Shown: positions 40,955 to 55,101 of the stretch, piece after piece
How positions within the stretch are numbered: position 1 is the stretch's first letter
How the letters are laid out: each line of letters starts with the position of its first letter
Assembly (NCBI GenBank): GCA_963739455.1
Contig: CAVUAK010000001.1
Location: 2,016,001-2,080,000, forward strand
Direction: 5' to 3'
Source of the DNA: an uncultured Gemmatimonadales bacterium
GTDB taxonomy: Bacteria; Gemmatimonadota; Gemmatimonadetes; Gemmatimonadales; GWC2-71-9
DNA: 64,000 nucleotides
Made by a program: the position numbers and the translations under genes
Notes under the pieces: model-generated
What the model saw: only the letters and a program-made list of their open reading frames with translations
The model's database searches: none
What the model was told of the DNA's origin: nothing

Positions 40955-41863
40955 CTGTTGATCGGCCCTCCCGGGTCGGGCAAGACCATGCTCGCGCGCC
41001 GCCTGCCCGGCATCCTCCCGGCGATGTCGCTGGACGAAGCGCTCGAGACCACGAAGGTGCACAGTGTTGCCGGCCTGCTCGGCGCGGGCCGCGCGCTCTG
41101 CACCACCAGGCCATTCCGCGCGCCTCACCACACCATCAGCGACGCTGGTCTCGTGGGTGGCGGCACGCCCCCGCGCCCCGGAGAAGTGAGCCTGGCGCAC
41201 GGTGGCGTGCTCTTCCTCGATGAGCTCCCGGAGTTCAGGTCGAGCGTGCTCGAAGTGCTGCGCCAGCCGCTGGAGGATGGCACCGTCACCTTGAGCCGCG
41301 CGGCGATGAGCCTCACATATCCTGCGCGCATCATGCTGGCGGCAGCGATGAATCCATGCCCGTGTGGCTACGCCGGCGATCCGGCGCACGCCTGTCTCTG
41401 TCCTCCGCAGGCGGTGCAGCGCTACCGTGGCCGTGTGTCGGGTCCACTGCTTGACCGCATCGACATTCACCTCGAGGTGCCCGCCATTCCCTACCGGGAC
41501 CTGACCGGGAGCCAGCCGGCCGAGCCGAGCCGCAGCATCGCGGAGCGGGTCGAGAACGCGCGCGTCTCGCCCAGCGCGAACGGTTCGCGGCCATTCCCGG
41601 CATGCATGCCAATGCGCACATGGGTGCCAGGGAAGTGCGTCGCTTCTGCGCACTCAACTCCGGAGTCGGAGGCGATCCTGCGATCCGCGATCACCCGGCT
41701 GGGCCTGTCGGCCCGCGCGTACCATCGCGTGCTCAAGATCGCGCGGACCATCGCCGACCTCGCGGGCGCCGATGCGCTCGCCGTCGCCCATGTCGCGGAG
41801 GCGATCCAGTACCGGAGCCTCGACCGGAGCCAGCCGGCGCTTGCGCCGGCGGGAGGGCGCTGA
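40952..41863 (+). pseudogene. comM: comM/YifB 3' part (AAA+ domain), with compensating frameshifts near 41570-41660
   Basis: [72 protein letters not shown]. Confidence 0.95.
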
Positions 41864-41939
41864 ACCAGCGGCTCCGAAGCCCGCCCCTCCCGCCACACCG
41901 CCGGACTCGCTTTCTTCCGTCATCCCAAGCCCACATCCC

Positions 41940-43242
41940 ATGAACCTGCGCGCGTATGTCGTGGCAACAGGCGCCCTTCTCGTCCTGGGCCCTCGAGTCG
42001 CTCATTCCCAGAACATCGTCACGGCGGCCCCGCCCGCCGGCGATGTCGCGCAGGCCTTCAAGCGGCTGGCGCCCGCGGTGGTGCGCATCGAGGTGCGGGA
42101 GACCGGCGCGGTGGCGCTGAGCAGTGTCGGGTCCGGCTTCTTCGCCGCTCCCTCGGGCCGGATCATCACCAACTATCACGTGATCTCGCGACTGGTGAAC
42201 GAGCCCGAGCGTCATCGGGGCCGCGCCACCTGGGGCAGCGATACGGTCGACATCCAGGTGCTGGCGGTCGATGTGGTGCACGACCTCGCCGTCCTCGATG
42301 CCCCGGACGCGCACGCTGCCGCCATGCTGACGCCGGTCACCGCCACCTGCTGAAGGGTGATCGCGTTCTCGCGATGGGCCACCCACGCGACCTCGGCCTG
42401 AGCATCGTCGAGGGCACCTACAACGGGCAGGTCGAGCATGTGCTGACGCCGCGGTTGCACTTCACCGGACCGCTCAATCCCGGCATGAGCGGCGGGCCGG
42501 CGGTGACGCCCGACGGGGCGCTGGTGGGCGTCAACGTGGCGACGATGGGTGAGGAACTCGCGTTCCTGGTGCCGGCGGAGTTCGTGACCCGGTTGCTGGA
42601 CCGGCTTCCGGCAACGGTCCCGGCGGCCGAGGAGCTTGCGGCGGGACATGGCCACGCGGCTCGGACAGATGGGCATGGATGCACTCGACGCCCTGTTCGT
42701 CCCCGGCGCGCCAACGGTGCAGCTCGGCCCGTATCTCGCCCCAACCGAACCGTCCGCCGCATTTCAGTGCTGGGGTGATGCACGCGAGCCCAAGGATGCC
42801 GCATACCGGGTCGTGGTGCACCGATGCAGCACCGACGAATCGGTGTTCCTCTCCGAGGACCTGAGCGCCGGCCTGGTCTATTTCTCCCACCAGCTCCTGG
42901 ATGGCGCCGCGCTGAGTCGCCTTCGACTGCTCACCGCGAGCGAGCAGGCCTTCAACGACAAGCTCACGTTCGATGGCACCGCGCGAGAGACCACCCGCTT
43001 CCGCTGCACCACCGGGAACGTGCGCACGGCCACGATGACCTTCCGCGCGGAGGTGTGTGCCCGGCGACTCAAGAGCCTGTACGGGCTCTATGAGGCGGTG
43101 ATGCGGGCCACGCCCCTCGGCGCGACCGCGCAGAGCCTGGTCACCACGCTCACGATGTCCGGCGTGCGCTTCGACCTCATCCAGCGCACGGTCGCACGGT
43201 ACCTCGCATCGATCACGCTCGTCACCGGAGGTCGCGGAATGA
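41940..43242 (+). CDS. Exported trypsin-like serine protease, frameshifted
   Basis: GSGF, ITNYHV, HDLAVL, LNPGMSGGP split across frames. Confidence 0.8.
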
Positions 43243-44221
43243 GCTGGATCGAGGTGGTTGACGCGAGCGGCCGGGTCGTTGCGCGCCGGGCGGCTGAAGG
43301 CGTGCCGTGCACCGTCGGGAGTGCGCTGGACAACACCCTGCTCATCGAGGGCCCCGAGGTGGCGCCCTACCACGCTCGCATCGACCGGGAGGCGGACGGT
43401 CGCCTCACGGTGACGGTGCTGGGACAGTCGTCCGGCCTGCAGCGCCCGGGCGCCCCTGAACGCGCGATGTCCCTCGCGCTGACGCCTTCGGCGCCGGTCG
43501 CGGTTGGGGGTGCGTCATCCGGCTCGTGGATGACGCGACTCGCGACCTGCCGGTGGGAGTCATCGGGCCCGAGCCGCGCTGGCGGGAGTTCGTATCGCGC
43601 CGGCCGGTCCAGTGGGGCGCCGCCGCGCTCCTCGCGATCAGCGGTGCGGCGATCGGCTACTTCACGATGCCGGGGTCGGAGCGGGCGCTGAATGCGTTCG
43701 CGGTTGCGGTCGCCCTGGTCCTGGCCGAGTGCGCCTGGGTGGGTCTGTGGGCACTCACCGGCCGTATCCGCCATGGCCGCGCCCGGTTTGGCGAGCACTT
43801 CGTCGTGGCCACCTTCATCGCAATTGTCGGGCTGGGCGGTTGCCGAGCTGGAGTCCTGGCAGCAGTTCCTGCTGCCGGGCGCCAGCGCCGCGGCAACAGT
43901 GCTGCTCGCGCTTACCGCGGTGGTGTGGGCGCTCGCGATCTTCCTGCACCTGCGCGTGCATGAACCAGGCGCACTGGCAGAAGCACGTGCGCATTGCGGC
44001 GGGCTTCGGTGTCGCGCTTGTTCGCCATGGTGCTTGCCGTGCGGGACTATCAGGGCCCGTGGAGCAGCGACATCGAATTCTCTGCGGTCCTCAAGCCCAT
44101 CACGCGGGTGTGGGCGTCGAGCCCGGATCAGTTCGGCGAATCACTGACGAAATTGCAGGGGCAGCTCGACAACGATGGCGCGGAGCCTGTGGCGACGGTC
44201 GCCGCGGACAGCTCCGAGTAG
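43239..44221 (+). CDS. FHA-domain membrane protein, frameshifted
   Basis: MSWIEVV...TVGSALDNTLLI..PEVAPYHARI followed by TM segments. Confidence 0.65.
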
Positions 44222-44230
44222 CGACCGCAG

Positions 44231-45949
44231 CTACCAGCCGGCGGCACCCCCGGCCACCCTCGGGTCGGGCACTCCCTCGAGTCCCTGCGGCGTCACCCGG
44301 ATGGCATTCACCGTTCCCATGAACTCCGGTTCCTTCCACAGCTCGTAGCCCATCGCCTTCAGCTCGGCGCGCACCTGCGGGCTCAGGCCCGCTGGTTCCC
44401 ACCCCACGACATCGGGCAGGCCATTGTGGTGGACGCGCGGCGCGGCAACGGCCTGTGCCAGCGTCATCTGCTGGTCCACCACGTTCGATGATCACCTCGA
44501 ACACCGAGGAGATGATCGTGGCACCGCCGGGCGAGCCGAGGACGATCGACAACTGACCGTCGCGATCGAGCACGATGGTCGGTGTCATGGAGGAGAGCAT
44601 GCGCTTTCCCGGCTCGATGCTGTTGGCCAGGCCCTCCTGCCGGATACCCATCGCGTTCACCACTCCTGGCTGCGTGGTGAAGTCGTCCATCTCGTTGTTG
44701 AGCAGGAATCCGGCCCCAGCCACCACGAATCCGGAGCCGAATCCGGTGTTGATCGTCGTGGTGATGGCGGCCGCGTTGCCGGCACTGTCCACCACCGAGA
44801 AGTGGGTCGTGTGCTGCCCCTCGGCGAGCGCCGAGCCCTGGAGCGGCGTGGCGCGATCGGCCGCGATGCTGCTGCGCTGCGTGGTGGCGTAGGTCTTCGA
44901 CGTCAGCTCGGCCAGCGGCATGTTCACGAAGGCCGGGTCGCCGAGCAGGCTGTTCCGGTCGAGGAAGGCGCGTCGCAGTGCCTCGACCTGGAGGTGTACC
45001 AGCGCCGCGGTGCCCGATGCGGGGAGGTCATATCCCTCCAGGATGTTGAGGGCCTGAATGAGCGTGGCGCCACCGCCCGACACCGGCGGCATGGTGATGA
45101 CCCGCCATCCCCGATAGGTGGTCTCGAGCGGCGTCCGCCAGAGTGCCTGGTAGCGCGCGAGGTCCTCGCGCGTGATGAGGCCGCCGCCCAGCCTGGACCT
45201 GCTTCGCGATGAGGTCCGCGAAGCTGCCGCGATAGAAAACGTCAGCGCCGCTGTCCGCGATGAGCCCGAGCGTGTGCGCAAGGTCTGCCTGGTACAGCGT
45301 GTCGCCGGTGCGCCAGGCGCGTCCGTCGCCGCGGACGAAGATCGCCGTTGAAGAAGGGAACGGAGCAAAGCTGCTCCGCACTCCCGGCGAGCCATTCCGC
45401 GCGCAGGCTGTCGAGTACGTGAGCCTTCGCGAGTGCCACCGCCGGAAGGACCACCTCGCGCCAGGGAAGGGCGCCGAAGCGCTGGTGCATGGCCCAGAGC
45501 CCCGCCACCGATCCGGGCACCCCACCGGCACGGGCGCCCACGATCGACGCGTTGGTGACGTTGCCTGCGGAATCCACGTACATGTTGCGCGACGCCGCGC
45601 CCGGTGCGGCCTCGCGGAAGTCGAGGGCGAACACCTGCCCGTCGTGCTGGCGATACACGAGGAAGCCACCGCCGCCAATGTTGCCGGCGGCAGGATTCAC
45701 GACTGCCTGCGCGAAGGCAAGCGCCACGATGGCGTCGATCGCATTGCCGCCGCGTCGAAGAATCTCTGCCCCGACGTCGCTCGACGCTGGATTGTCGGAC
45801 ACGGCCATCACGTGCGGTTCGACAAGGGGCGGTGCCACATCGGCGAAGCGCCAGCGTTCGGCAGGCGCGTCCGCGCCGCCGCAACCGGCAGCCAACACGA
45901 CAATGAGGGCAGGCCCGGCCAACCGAACCAAGGCGGCAACACGGTCCAT
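44231..45949 (-). CDS. ggt: Gamma-glutamyltransferase, frameshifted
   Basis: GGNAIDA, NIGGGGF, DFREAAP, TTHFSVVD, LLNNEMDDF, RMLSSMTP, GSPGG. Confidence 0.92.
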
Positions 45950-45977
45950 GTGAATTCTCGTCAGGAGGAATTGCAGT

Positions 45978-46980
45978 TCAGTGTGCCGCGCGGCGCAGGC
46001 GATCGTGCACGGCGCTCCACTGGGGCGTGACCGGCGGCATTTCCACCAGGATACGATCGCATCCCGCCGCATCGAGCTGGTGCAGTGCGGCATAGAGCCC
46101 GCGCGCGTAGCCATCGGCCTCCGCGGGAAGGCGCACGACGTAACTGCCCGCCGGCAAGCGTACGTCGGAGTACACCACCGCGCCAAGGGAGATCCGGCCC
46201 AGTTCCTCCGCGGCCTGCGGCTCCGAGAGCGCCGCCAGGTCCGCGCTGCCGAGCAACTGCATGATCGCGCGCGGAGCGTAGTGCCGGTCCACCTGCCCGG
46301 GCGACAATCGCGGCGCTTCCCCGCTCGGTTCCACAATGTCACGCTCCACCGGCCCAACAACCTCCTCGAGGCTTGCGATGGAGATCATGCCGGGCCTGAG
46401 GAGCCGCGGCATCGGCCCGGTAAGATCCACGACAGTCGATTCGATCCCCACATTGGCGGAGCCGCCGTCGAGCAGCATGTCGATTCGGTCGCCCAATGCC
46501 TGTGCCACGTGCTCAGCGGACGTGGGGGACAACTGCGTATACCGATTGGCGCTCGGCGCTGCGACCGGAAGGTCCGCTGCCCGGATCAGCGCGAGGGCGA
46601 CCGGATGGGCCGGCACCCGAATCCCGACTGCGTCGAGGCCAGCCGTCACGATGTCGGGAACGACGGTGGCTTTCGGCACCACCAGGGTCAGTGGACCAGG
46701 CCAGAAGCGTTCAGCCAGGCGCGTGGCATGCGCGGGCCAGTGGCGAGCGAGCTGCTCGCGCATGCTCGATGCTCGCGACATGGACGATGATCGGGTTGAA
46801 GGCAGGACGCCCCTTCGCCTCGTAGATGCGACGGACGGCTGCGGGGTCGAGCGCGTCCGCGCCCAGGCCATAGACCGTTTCGGTGGGAAAGGCCACGAGG
46901 CCGCCGGCGCGGAGCACCGCTGCGGCGGCGGCGATCGCGTCGGGGTCGGGTGACAGGGGATCGACGCTCAGGCGTCGCAT
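45978..46980 (-). CDS. tsaC: Threonylcarbamoyl-AMP synthase (Sua5 type), frameshifted
   Basis: VAFPTETVYGLGA, KGRPAFNP, FWPGPLT, AAPSAN, GIESTVVD, SPG...HYAP. Confidence 0.92.
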
Positions 46981-47003
46981 GGGCCGCTACGCTGGAATGG
47001 ACT

Positions 47004-47436
47004 TCAATCGTCGGGCGGGCGACGCCGCTCGCGCTTGGTGTCGCCCCGCCGCTTCTTGCTGTCGAGCCGCCGCTCCTTGGAGGCCTTGGTCGGCCGCGTG
47101 GCCCGGCGTGCCTTGGGCACGGCGAGCGCGCGACCCACGATACCGGCCAGGCGCTCGAGCGCGTCCTCGCGGTTCCGCAACTGGCTGCGGTGGTCGGACG
47201 CCACGACACGGAGGTCGCCGTCGCCATCGAGCCGGCTGGCGAGGCGCAGCAGCAGGCGGCGCGCGTTGCGCCTCGGTGAGTACTGGCGATGACGTGACAT
47301 TCCACACCGCCTCGATGCGGGTGGAACTGCGGTTCACGTGCTGGCCACCTGGCCCGCTGGAGGGCGTGGCCCGCAGGACGATCTCGGCAAGCGGGATCGA
47401 CAGTGCCGGCGTCACGGCAAGGGCTCGTTCGGGCAT
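47004..47436 (-). CDS. arfB: Alternative ribosome rescue factor ArfB, frameshifted
   Basis: SSGPGGQHVN; RSQLRNRE, RRATRPTKASKERRLDSKK. Confidence 0.88.
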
Positions 47437-47528
47437 GCTCGATGCTAGCGGCCGCGCCGGGGAGATGCAAAGGCTGGCGCAACGCCCGGTCGGCTTCCGT
47501 TGCCCGCACCACACGTTACGTTACTCGC

Positions 47529-48892
<1,364 letters not shown>

Positions 48893-48896
<4 letters not shown>

Positions 48897-49327
48897 CTGG
48901 ACCTCGCGACTGGGACAAGGACCTCGCAGCCGTCGACAAGGCGATCGAGAGCTGGAAGGCGACGACCCCGGGCACGAGTCCGTCCGCTGCCAAGCCCACG
49001 CCGGTTGTCGTCGCGAAGGCAGCGGAGCCGCGGAAGGGCGCCATGTCCACCTGGCTGCGCGTGGCGCTGGTGCTCGCCTTCGCCATCGCCGTGCCCTTCT
49101 GGCCCTACCCGCGCGAGTGCGGGATCAACCTCTTCCTGTACATGGGCGTGATCTCCCTGCTGGTCATCGCCGGGGCGTGGGGTGCCGGCTCCAGCTGGGG
49201 ACGCCGACTCGGCAATGCCCACGTGCTCTCACTCCTCACCGTCGTCTGGGGTCTGGCCCTCCTCGCCGCCGAGGTCCTGCCGCGGATCGGCTATGCGGCG
49301 CATCAGGCGCGATGGATGTGCCCCTGA
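48893..49327 (+). CDS. Hypothetical membrane protein
   Basis: ATGA overlap with the upstream gene, three TM segments. Confidence 0.75.
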
Positions 49328-49328
49328 A

Positions 49329-49389
49329 AGGCAGCAAGCGACAGGCGGCAGGCAATGACTCCTGCTGCCTGCCGCTTGCCGCCTGCCGC
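49329..49389. repeat. Intergenic palindrome of aggcggc / gccgcct-like heptamers
   Basis: aggcagcaagcgacaggcggcaggca...tgcctgccgcttgccgcctgcc. Confidence 0.6.
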
Positions 49390-49427
49390 ACTCCTTCAAT
49401 TGTCCTTCACATCATCTATCCAGCATA

Positions 49428-50923
49428 ATGGCCAAGAACTTCAAGAACTTCATCGCCGGCAAGTGGGTTGCACCGACCACCGGCGAATATTTCGAGAACC
49501 GGAACCCCGCCGATACCCGTGACCTGATCGGGCGCTTTCCCGACTCCGGGGCGGCGGACATTGAGGCCGCGGTCGCATCCGCCGAGCGAGGCTTCAAGCT
49601 CTGGTCGCGGACTCCCGCACCGGCGCGCGGCGATGTGCTCCGCCGGGTGGGTGATCTCCTGGTGGCGCGCAAGGAAGAAGTTGCGGACGCGATGACCCGG
49701 GAAATGGGCAAGGTGCTCGCGGAGACGCGGGGCGACGTGCAGGAGGGAATCGACACCGCCTTCTATGCCGCCACCGAGGGCCGCCGGCTGTTCGGGCACA
49801 CGGTGCCGAGCGAGCTCCCCAGCAAGTGGGCGATGAGCTATCGTCGGCCGATCGGCGATATGCGGGCTCATTACGCCGTTCAACTTCCCGCTGGCGATCC
49901 CCACGTGGAAGGCGTTCCCGGCGTTACTGTGCGGCAACTCGGTGATCATCAAGCCGTCGGAGGATGTGCCGCACACCGTCACGCTGCTGGTCGAGATCCT
50001 CCTCGAGGCGGGGTTGCCGCCAGAGGTGATCCAGCTGGTGCATGGCCGCGGTGAGACGGTGGGCAAGGCGCTGGTGGAGCATCCGGCAGTCGGTGTCATC
50101 TCGTTCACCGGCTCCACGGAAACCGGCTCCTCCATTGGCCAGACCTGTGGCCGCATGCACAAGCGGCTGTCGCTCGAGATGGGCGGCAAGAACGCAATGA
50201 TCGTCATGGATGACGCCAACCTCGACCTGGCGCTCGAGGGCGTGCTCTGGGGAGCGTTCGGCACGACGGGGCAGCGCTGCACCGCGACCAGCCGCCTGCT
50301 GCTGCACCGGAAGATTCACGATCGCTTCGTGCGCCGCCTGGCCGATGCCGCGGGCAAGCTGCGGCTTGGCGATGGACGGAAGGCCGGCACCGATGTGGGT
50401 CCGCTGATCCACGAGGAGTCGCGCAAGAAGGTGGAGCGCTACGTGGAGATCGGGCGGGATCAGGGCGCGGAACTTGTTACGGGTGGCAAGCGGCCCGCTG
50501 GCGCGAAGTATGCGCGTGGGTACTTCTACCAGCCGACCATCTTTGCAGGCGTGAAAGCGGGAAGCCGGCTCGAGCAGGAGGAGATCTTCGGGCCCGTGCT
50601 GAGCGTGGTGCGCTTCAACACGTTCGACGAAGCGATGCGCATCAACAACGGGGTGCAAGTACGGCCTGTCGAGCAGCCTCTACACCCAGGACGTCAACCT
50701 GGCCTACCGGGCCATGGTCGAGCTCGACAACGGCATCACGTACGTGAACGCTCCGACGATCGGTGCCGAGGCGCACATGCCGTTCGGCGGGGTGAAGCAG
50801 ACCGGGAACGGTCATCGCGAAGGTGGCTGGGAAGTGTACGAGTTCTATTCCGAAACGAAGGTTTGCTACGTCGACTACTCGGGTCGCCTGCAACGCGCCC
50901 AGATCGACAACTACGACACCTGA
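49428..50923 (+). CDS. Aldehyde dehydrogenase, two frameshifts
   Basis: [34 protein letters not shown]. Confidence 0.92.
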
Positions 50924-51012
50924 AATTCACGCCCGTGCCCGTTGCGCTGCCGGAGAGGCACGGGTAAGGTTCGATCGCAACGCTGTTCGTTGTCCCAACG
51001 AGGGTGAGCCGT

Positions 51013-51884
51013 ATGCGCCCCATGCAGGTCCGATCCGGCAAGCGTGCTTCTTCTTCCGCAGATGAGGGTTCGCTCGACCTCTACCTGAGGGAGATCAGCC
51101 GGTACCCGCTGATTCCGCAGGCGGAAGAGGTCCGGCTGGCCCAGGGCATCCGCGTCGGCGACCCCGAGTGCCTCGACAAGCTGGTGCGCAGCAATTTGCG
51201 CTTCGTCGTCTCCGTCGCGAAGAAGTACCAGAATCAGGGCGTTTCGCTTTCCGACCTGATCAACGAGGGCAACCTCGGCCTCATCCGCGCGGCCCACAAG
51301 TTCGACGAGACGAAGGGCATCAAGTTCATCTCCTACGCCGTGTGGTGGATCCGGCAGGCGATCCTCCAGGCACTGGCGGAGCAGAGCCGCATCGTGCGCG
51401 TGCCGCTCAATCGCGCCGGCACGCTGCACCGCATCGGCAAGCGCTCCTCGGCACTGCTGCAGGAACTGGGGCGCGAGCCGACGCCGACCGAGATCGCCGA
51501 GGGAATGGACATCACCATCGAGGAAGTGCGAAGACGATGAGGATTTCGCAGACGCACCTGTCGCTCGATGCGCCGATGACGCCGGGTGAAGACAACCGCC
51601 TCCTCGACTACCTGCCCGACACCCAGAATTCCGGTTCCGACAGCGAGACCTTCGAGAAGGCGCTCACCGAGTCGATCGAGGAGGCGCTGTCGACGCTCAA
51701 GGAGCGCGAGACGAAGATCCTTCGCCTCTATTTCGGGCTGGATGGACCGGAGCCGATGACGCTGGAGGAGATCGGCAGCCTGCTCGGCATCACCCGGGAG
51801 CGGGTGCGGCAGATCAAGGAGAAGGCGCTGAGCCGCCTGCGCCACGTGAGCCGCGCGCGCGCCCTGGAGACGTTCCTAGGCTGA
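51013..51884 (+). CDS. RpoD/SigA-family sigma factor, frameshift near 51530
   Basis: [60 protein letters not shown]. Confidence 0.93.
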
Positions 51885-52907
51885 GCGCAGTACCCTCCCG
51901 ACTTGCTCCCACTCAATCAGGAATGCATCGTGACCGTACGGGGATGAAATTTCCTCGTACCTGGCGTTGACGCCCGCCGCTTCATAGGCGCCTACCCATC
52001 CCCGCACTTCGCCGGAGTAGTACAGGATGTCGGTGTCGATCCCGACGCCCACCACCTCGCCAACGCGCTCCCGGGTGCGTGCCCCCGCGCCTGCGAGGTC
52101 GCCGAGGTCGTGCGCATCCATGGCGCCCATGAGCGCCACATAGCTCCGGGCGTCGAAACGCTCCACCAGCTTCTCACCCTGGCGCCGCAGGTAGTGCTCC
52201 ACGTCGTACTGCGCGCGATCACGGGTCGAGCCACGGCCGAAACGCTCATCGAACTCGATAGCTGAGCGATAGGTGATCATGGCAATGGCGCGCGCCGCCG
52301 CGAGCCCGTCCGCCGGCCCGGCACCAGCGGCGAAGTGCCCGCCCTGCCAGCGCCTGTCAGCCTCGATTGCCATGCGCTGCGCCGTGTTCCAGGCAATGGA
52401 CTGCGCGCTGGTGACAGCGGGCGCGGCGAACACCACGAGACGGTCGACCGCCACGGGCGACAGGGTGCCGAACGCGAGCGCCACCATTCCCCCGAGTGAC
52501 CCACCGGTTACCAGCGAGAGCCGGTCGACGCCGAGGTGTTCCAGCAGGGGGATATGGGCACGCGCCATGTCCTCCGGAGTCAGCGCGGGAAATGGCGTTC
52601 CGTTGGTGTCCGCGGGCCCAATCGATCCGTAGCAGCTGCCGGGAAGGTTCGCCGCGATGATGGCGTGACGAGTGGTGTCGAGCGGGGCGCCCGGGCCCAG
52701 CAACGGCCCCCACCAGGCATCGACGTCGGGACTGCCCGTGAGGGCGTGGAATACCAGGATCCAGCCATTGCGCGCGGCGGCCGCCGTGTCGCCGAAGACA
52801 CGGTAGCCGAGCCACGCGTCGCGCAGCACCTCGCCTCGCGAGGTGCGGAAATCTCCCAGCGAGAGCCGTTCACTCAGGGCGGTGAGCGGCTGGCCGGGGT
52901 CGGTCAC
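51876..52907 (-). CDS. metX: Homoserine O-acetyltransferase family
   Basis: HALTG, WWGPLLGPG, GGSLGGM, YGHDAFLIE. Confidence 0.9.
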   Translation of the reverse strand: MTDPGQPLTALSERLSLGDFRTSRGEVLRDAWLGYRVFGDTAAAARNGWILVFHALTGSPDVDAWWGPLLGPGAPLDTTRHAIIAANLPGSCYGSIGPADTNGTPFPALTPEDMARAHIPLLEHLGVDRLSLVTGGSLGGMVALAFGTLSPVAVDRLVVFAAPAVTSAQSIAWNTAQRMAIEADRRWQGGHFAAGAGPADGLAAARAIAMITYRSAIEFDERFGRGSTRDRAQYDVEHYLRRQGEKLVERFDARSYVALMGAMDAHDLGDLAGAGARTRERVGEVVGVGIDTDILYYSGEVRGWVGAYEAAGVNARYEEISSPYGHDAFLIEWEQVGRVLRSA

Positions 52908-52926
52908 GGCGTACACTCGCTGCGCA

Positions 52927-53442
52927 TCACGCGACGGTGGCGGCGTCCGGGACTGACACCTCGGTGACCCGCCCATTGTGCACGTCATACACAAAGCCGC
53001 GGATCGAGACGCCCTCGAGCAGCAACGGCGACTCACGCAGGAACAGCACGTCGTCGACCACGCTCTGCTCGAGGTCGGGGAACGGCTGGAAGTCGATGGC
53101 AGAGGCATCGGCGCCCAGTTCGGCGCGCACCTTTGCCTGCAGCTGCTCGTTGGTGAACGTGAGCATGCCGCACTCCGTGTGATGGATCACGACGATCTCG
53201 CGGGTGCCGAGCAGCTGCTGGGAGATGACCAGCGAGCGAAGGGCGTCACGAGCGAGCCCCCCGGCATTGCGGATGACGTGCGCGTCGCCTTCTTCCAGGC
53301 CGAGTGCCCTGGACGGGATGAGCCGCGCATCCATGCAGGTGACGATCGCGACCTTTCGCGCTGGCGGCAGCGCCAAGTCGCCCTTGGTGAAGCCGGCCGC
53401 GTAGCGGGCGTTCGCGGCAACGAGTTCTTCGGTGACGGGCAT
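52927..53442 (-). CDS. Beta-carbonic anhydrase (clade D-like)
   Basis: CMDARL, GDAHVIRNAGG, HHTECGM. Confidence 0.92.
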   Translation of the reverse strand: MPVTEELVAANARYAAGFTKGDLALPPARKVAIVTCMDARLIPSRALGLEEGDAHVIRNAGGLARDALRSLVISQQLLGTREIVVIHHTECGMLTFTNEQLQAKVRAELGADASAIDFQPFPDLEQSVVDDVLFLRESPLLLEGVSIRGFVYDVHNGRVTEVSVPDAATVA

Positions 53443-53451
53443 GTGAGCCTC

Positions 53452-54850
<1,399 letters not shown>

Positions 54851-54872
54851 CGGGATGTCTGGAAGCGGCGAC

Positions 54873-54971
54873 CTAGGGTCGGCGGCTCTCCATCGCATGC
54901 GCCATGACGTCCGTCCACTCGTTCATCGAGCGACAGGTACACATCTGGTGGCACATGCAAATTCGCTTCAT
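54873..54971 (-). CDS. Met/Cys-rich leader peptide MKRICMCHQMCTCRSMNEWTDVMAHAMESRRP
   Basis: 32 codons with 6 Met and 4 Cys, lying between promoter and terminator. Confidence 0.8.
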   Translation of the reverse strand: MKRICMCHQMCTCRSMNEWTDVMAHAMESRRP

Positions 54972-54976
54972 GACCC

Positions 54977-55006
54977 ACGCTACCAGCGGACCGGGGGGTC
55001 TGTCAA
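54977..55006 (-). promoter_or_regulatory. Sigma70 promoter TTGACA-N18-TAGCGT (extended -10), probably leaderless
   Basis: -35 at 55001-55006, -10 at 54977-54982, 5 nt before the leader ATG. Confidence 0.7.
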
Positions 55007-55007
55007 T

Positions 55008-55065
55008 GGCGGGGAGGGCGGGGAAGCCGGGGAGGTGCATCCCCGGCCTCCCCGCCCTCCCCGCC
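55008..55065. repeat. Intergenic palindrome of 9-mers (ggcggggag x3 and inverse x3)
   Basis: ggcggggagggcggggaagccgggga...tccccggcctccccgccctccccgcc. Confidence 0.7.
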
Positions 55066-55101
55066 TTCGTTAGACTTACGCATCACTCTCAAACCAGACC
55101 A

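Larger units (their letters stand above)
24991..40956. mobile_element. ~16 kb serine-recombinase integrative element in comM (candidate phage satellite)
   Basis: comM split at [14 protein letters not shown], terminal inverted repeat, recombinase at left end, visibly lower GC. Confidence 0.93.

Noticed and set aside
24991..40956. Complete prophage, ICE or Tn7-like AbaR-type island
   Set aside because: No structural, lysis, conjugation or tns/tni genes seen; the ends fit serine-recombinase att sites rather than a 5-bp target duplication
38759..41653. 964-aa ORF spanning attR
   Set aside because: The N-terminal extension is antisense comM; the true start is the ATG at 40852 with a ggag RBS
42636..43691. 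Protease-FHA fusion protein
   Set aside because: A ggagg RBS and ATGA at 43239 indicate a separate gene; the apparent fusion is probably an indel artefact
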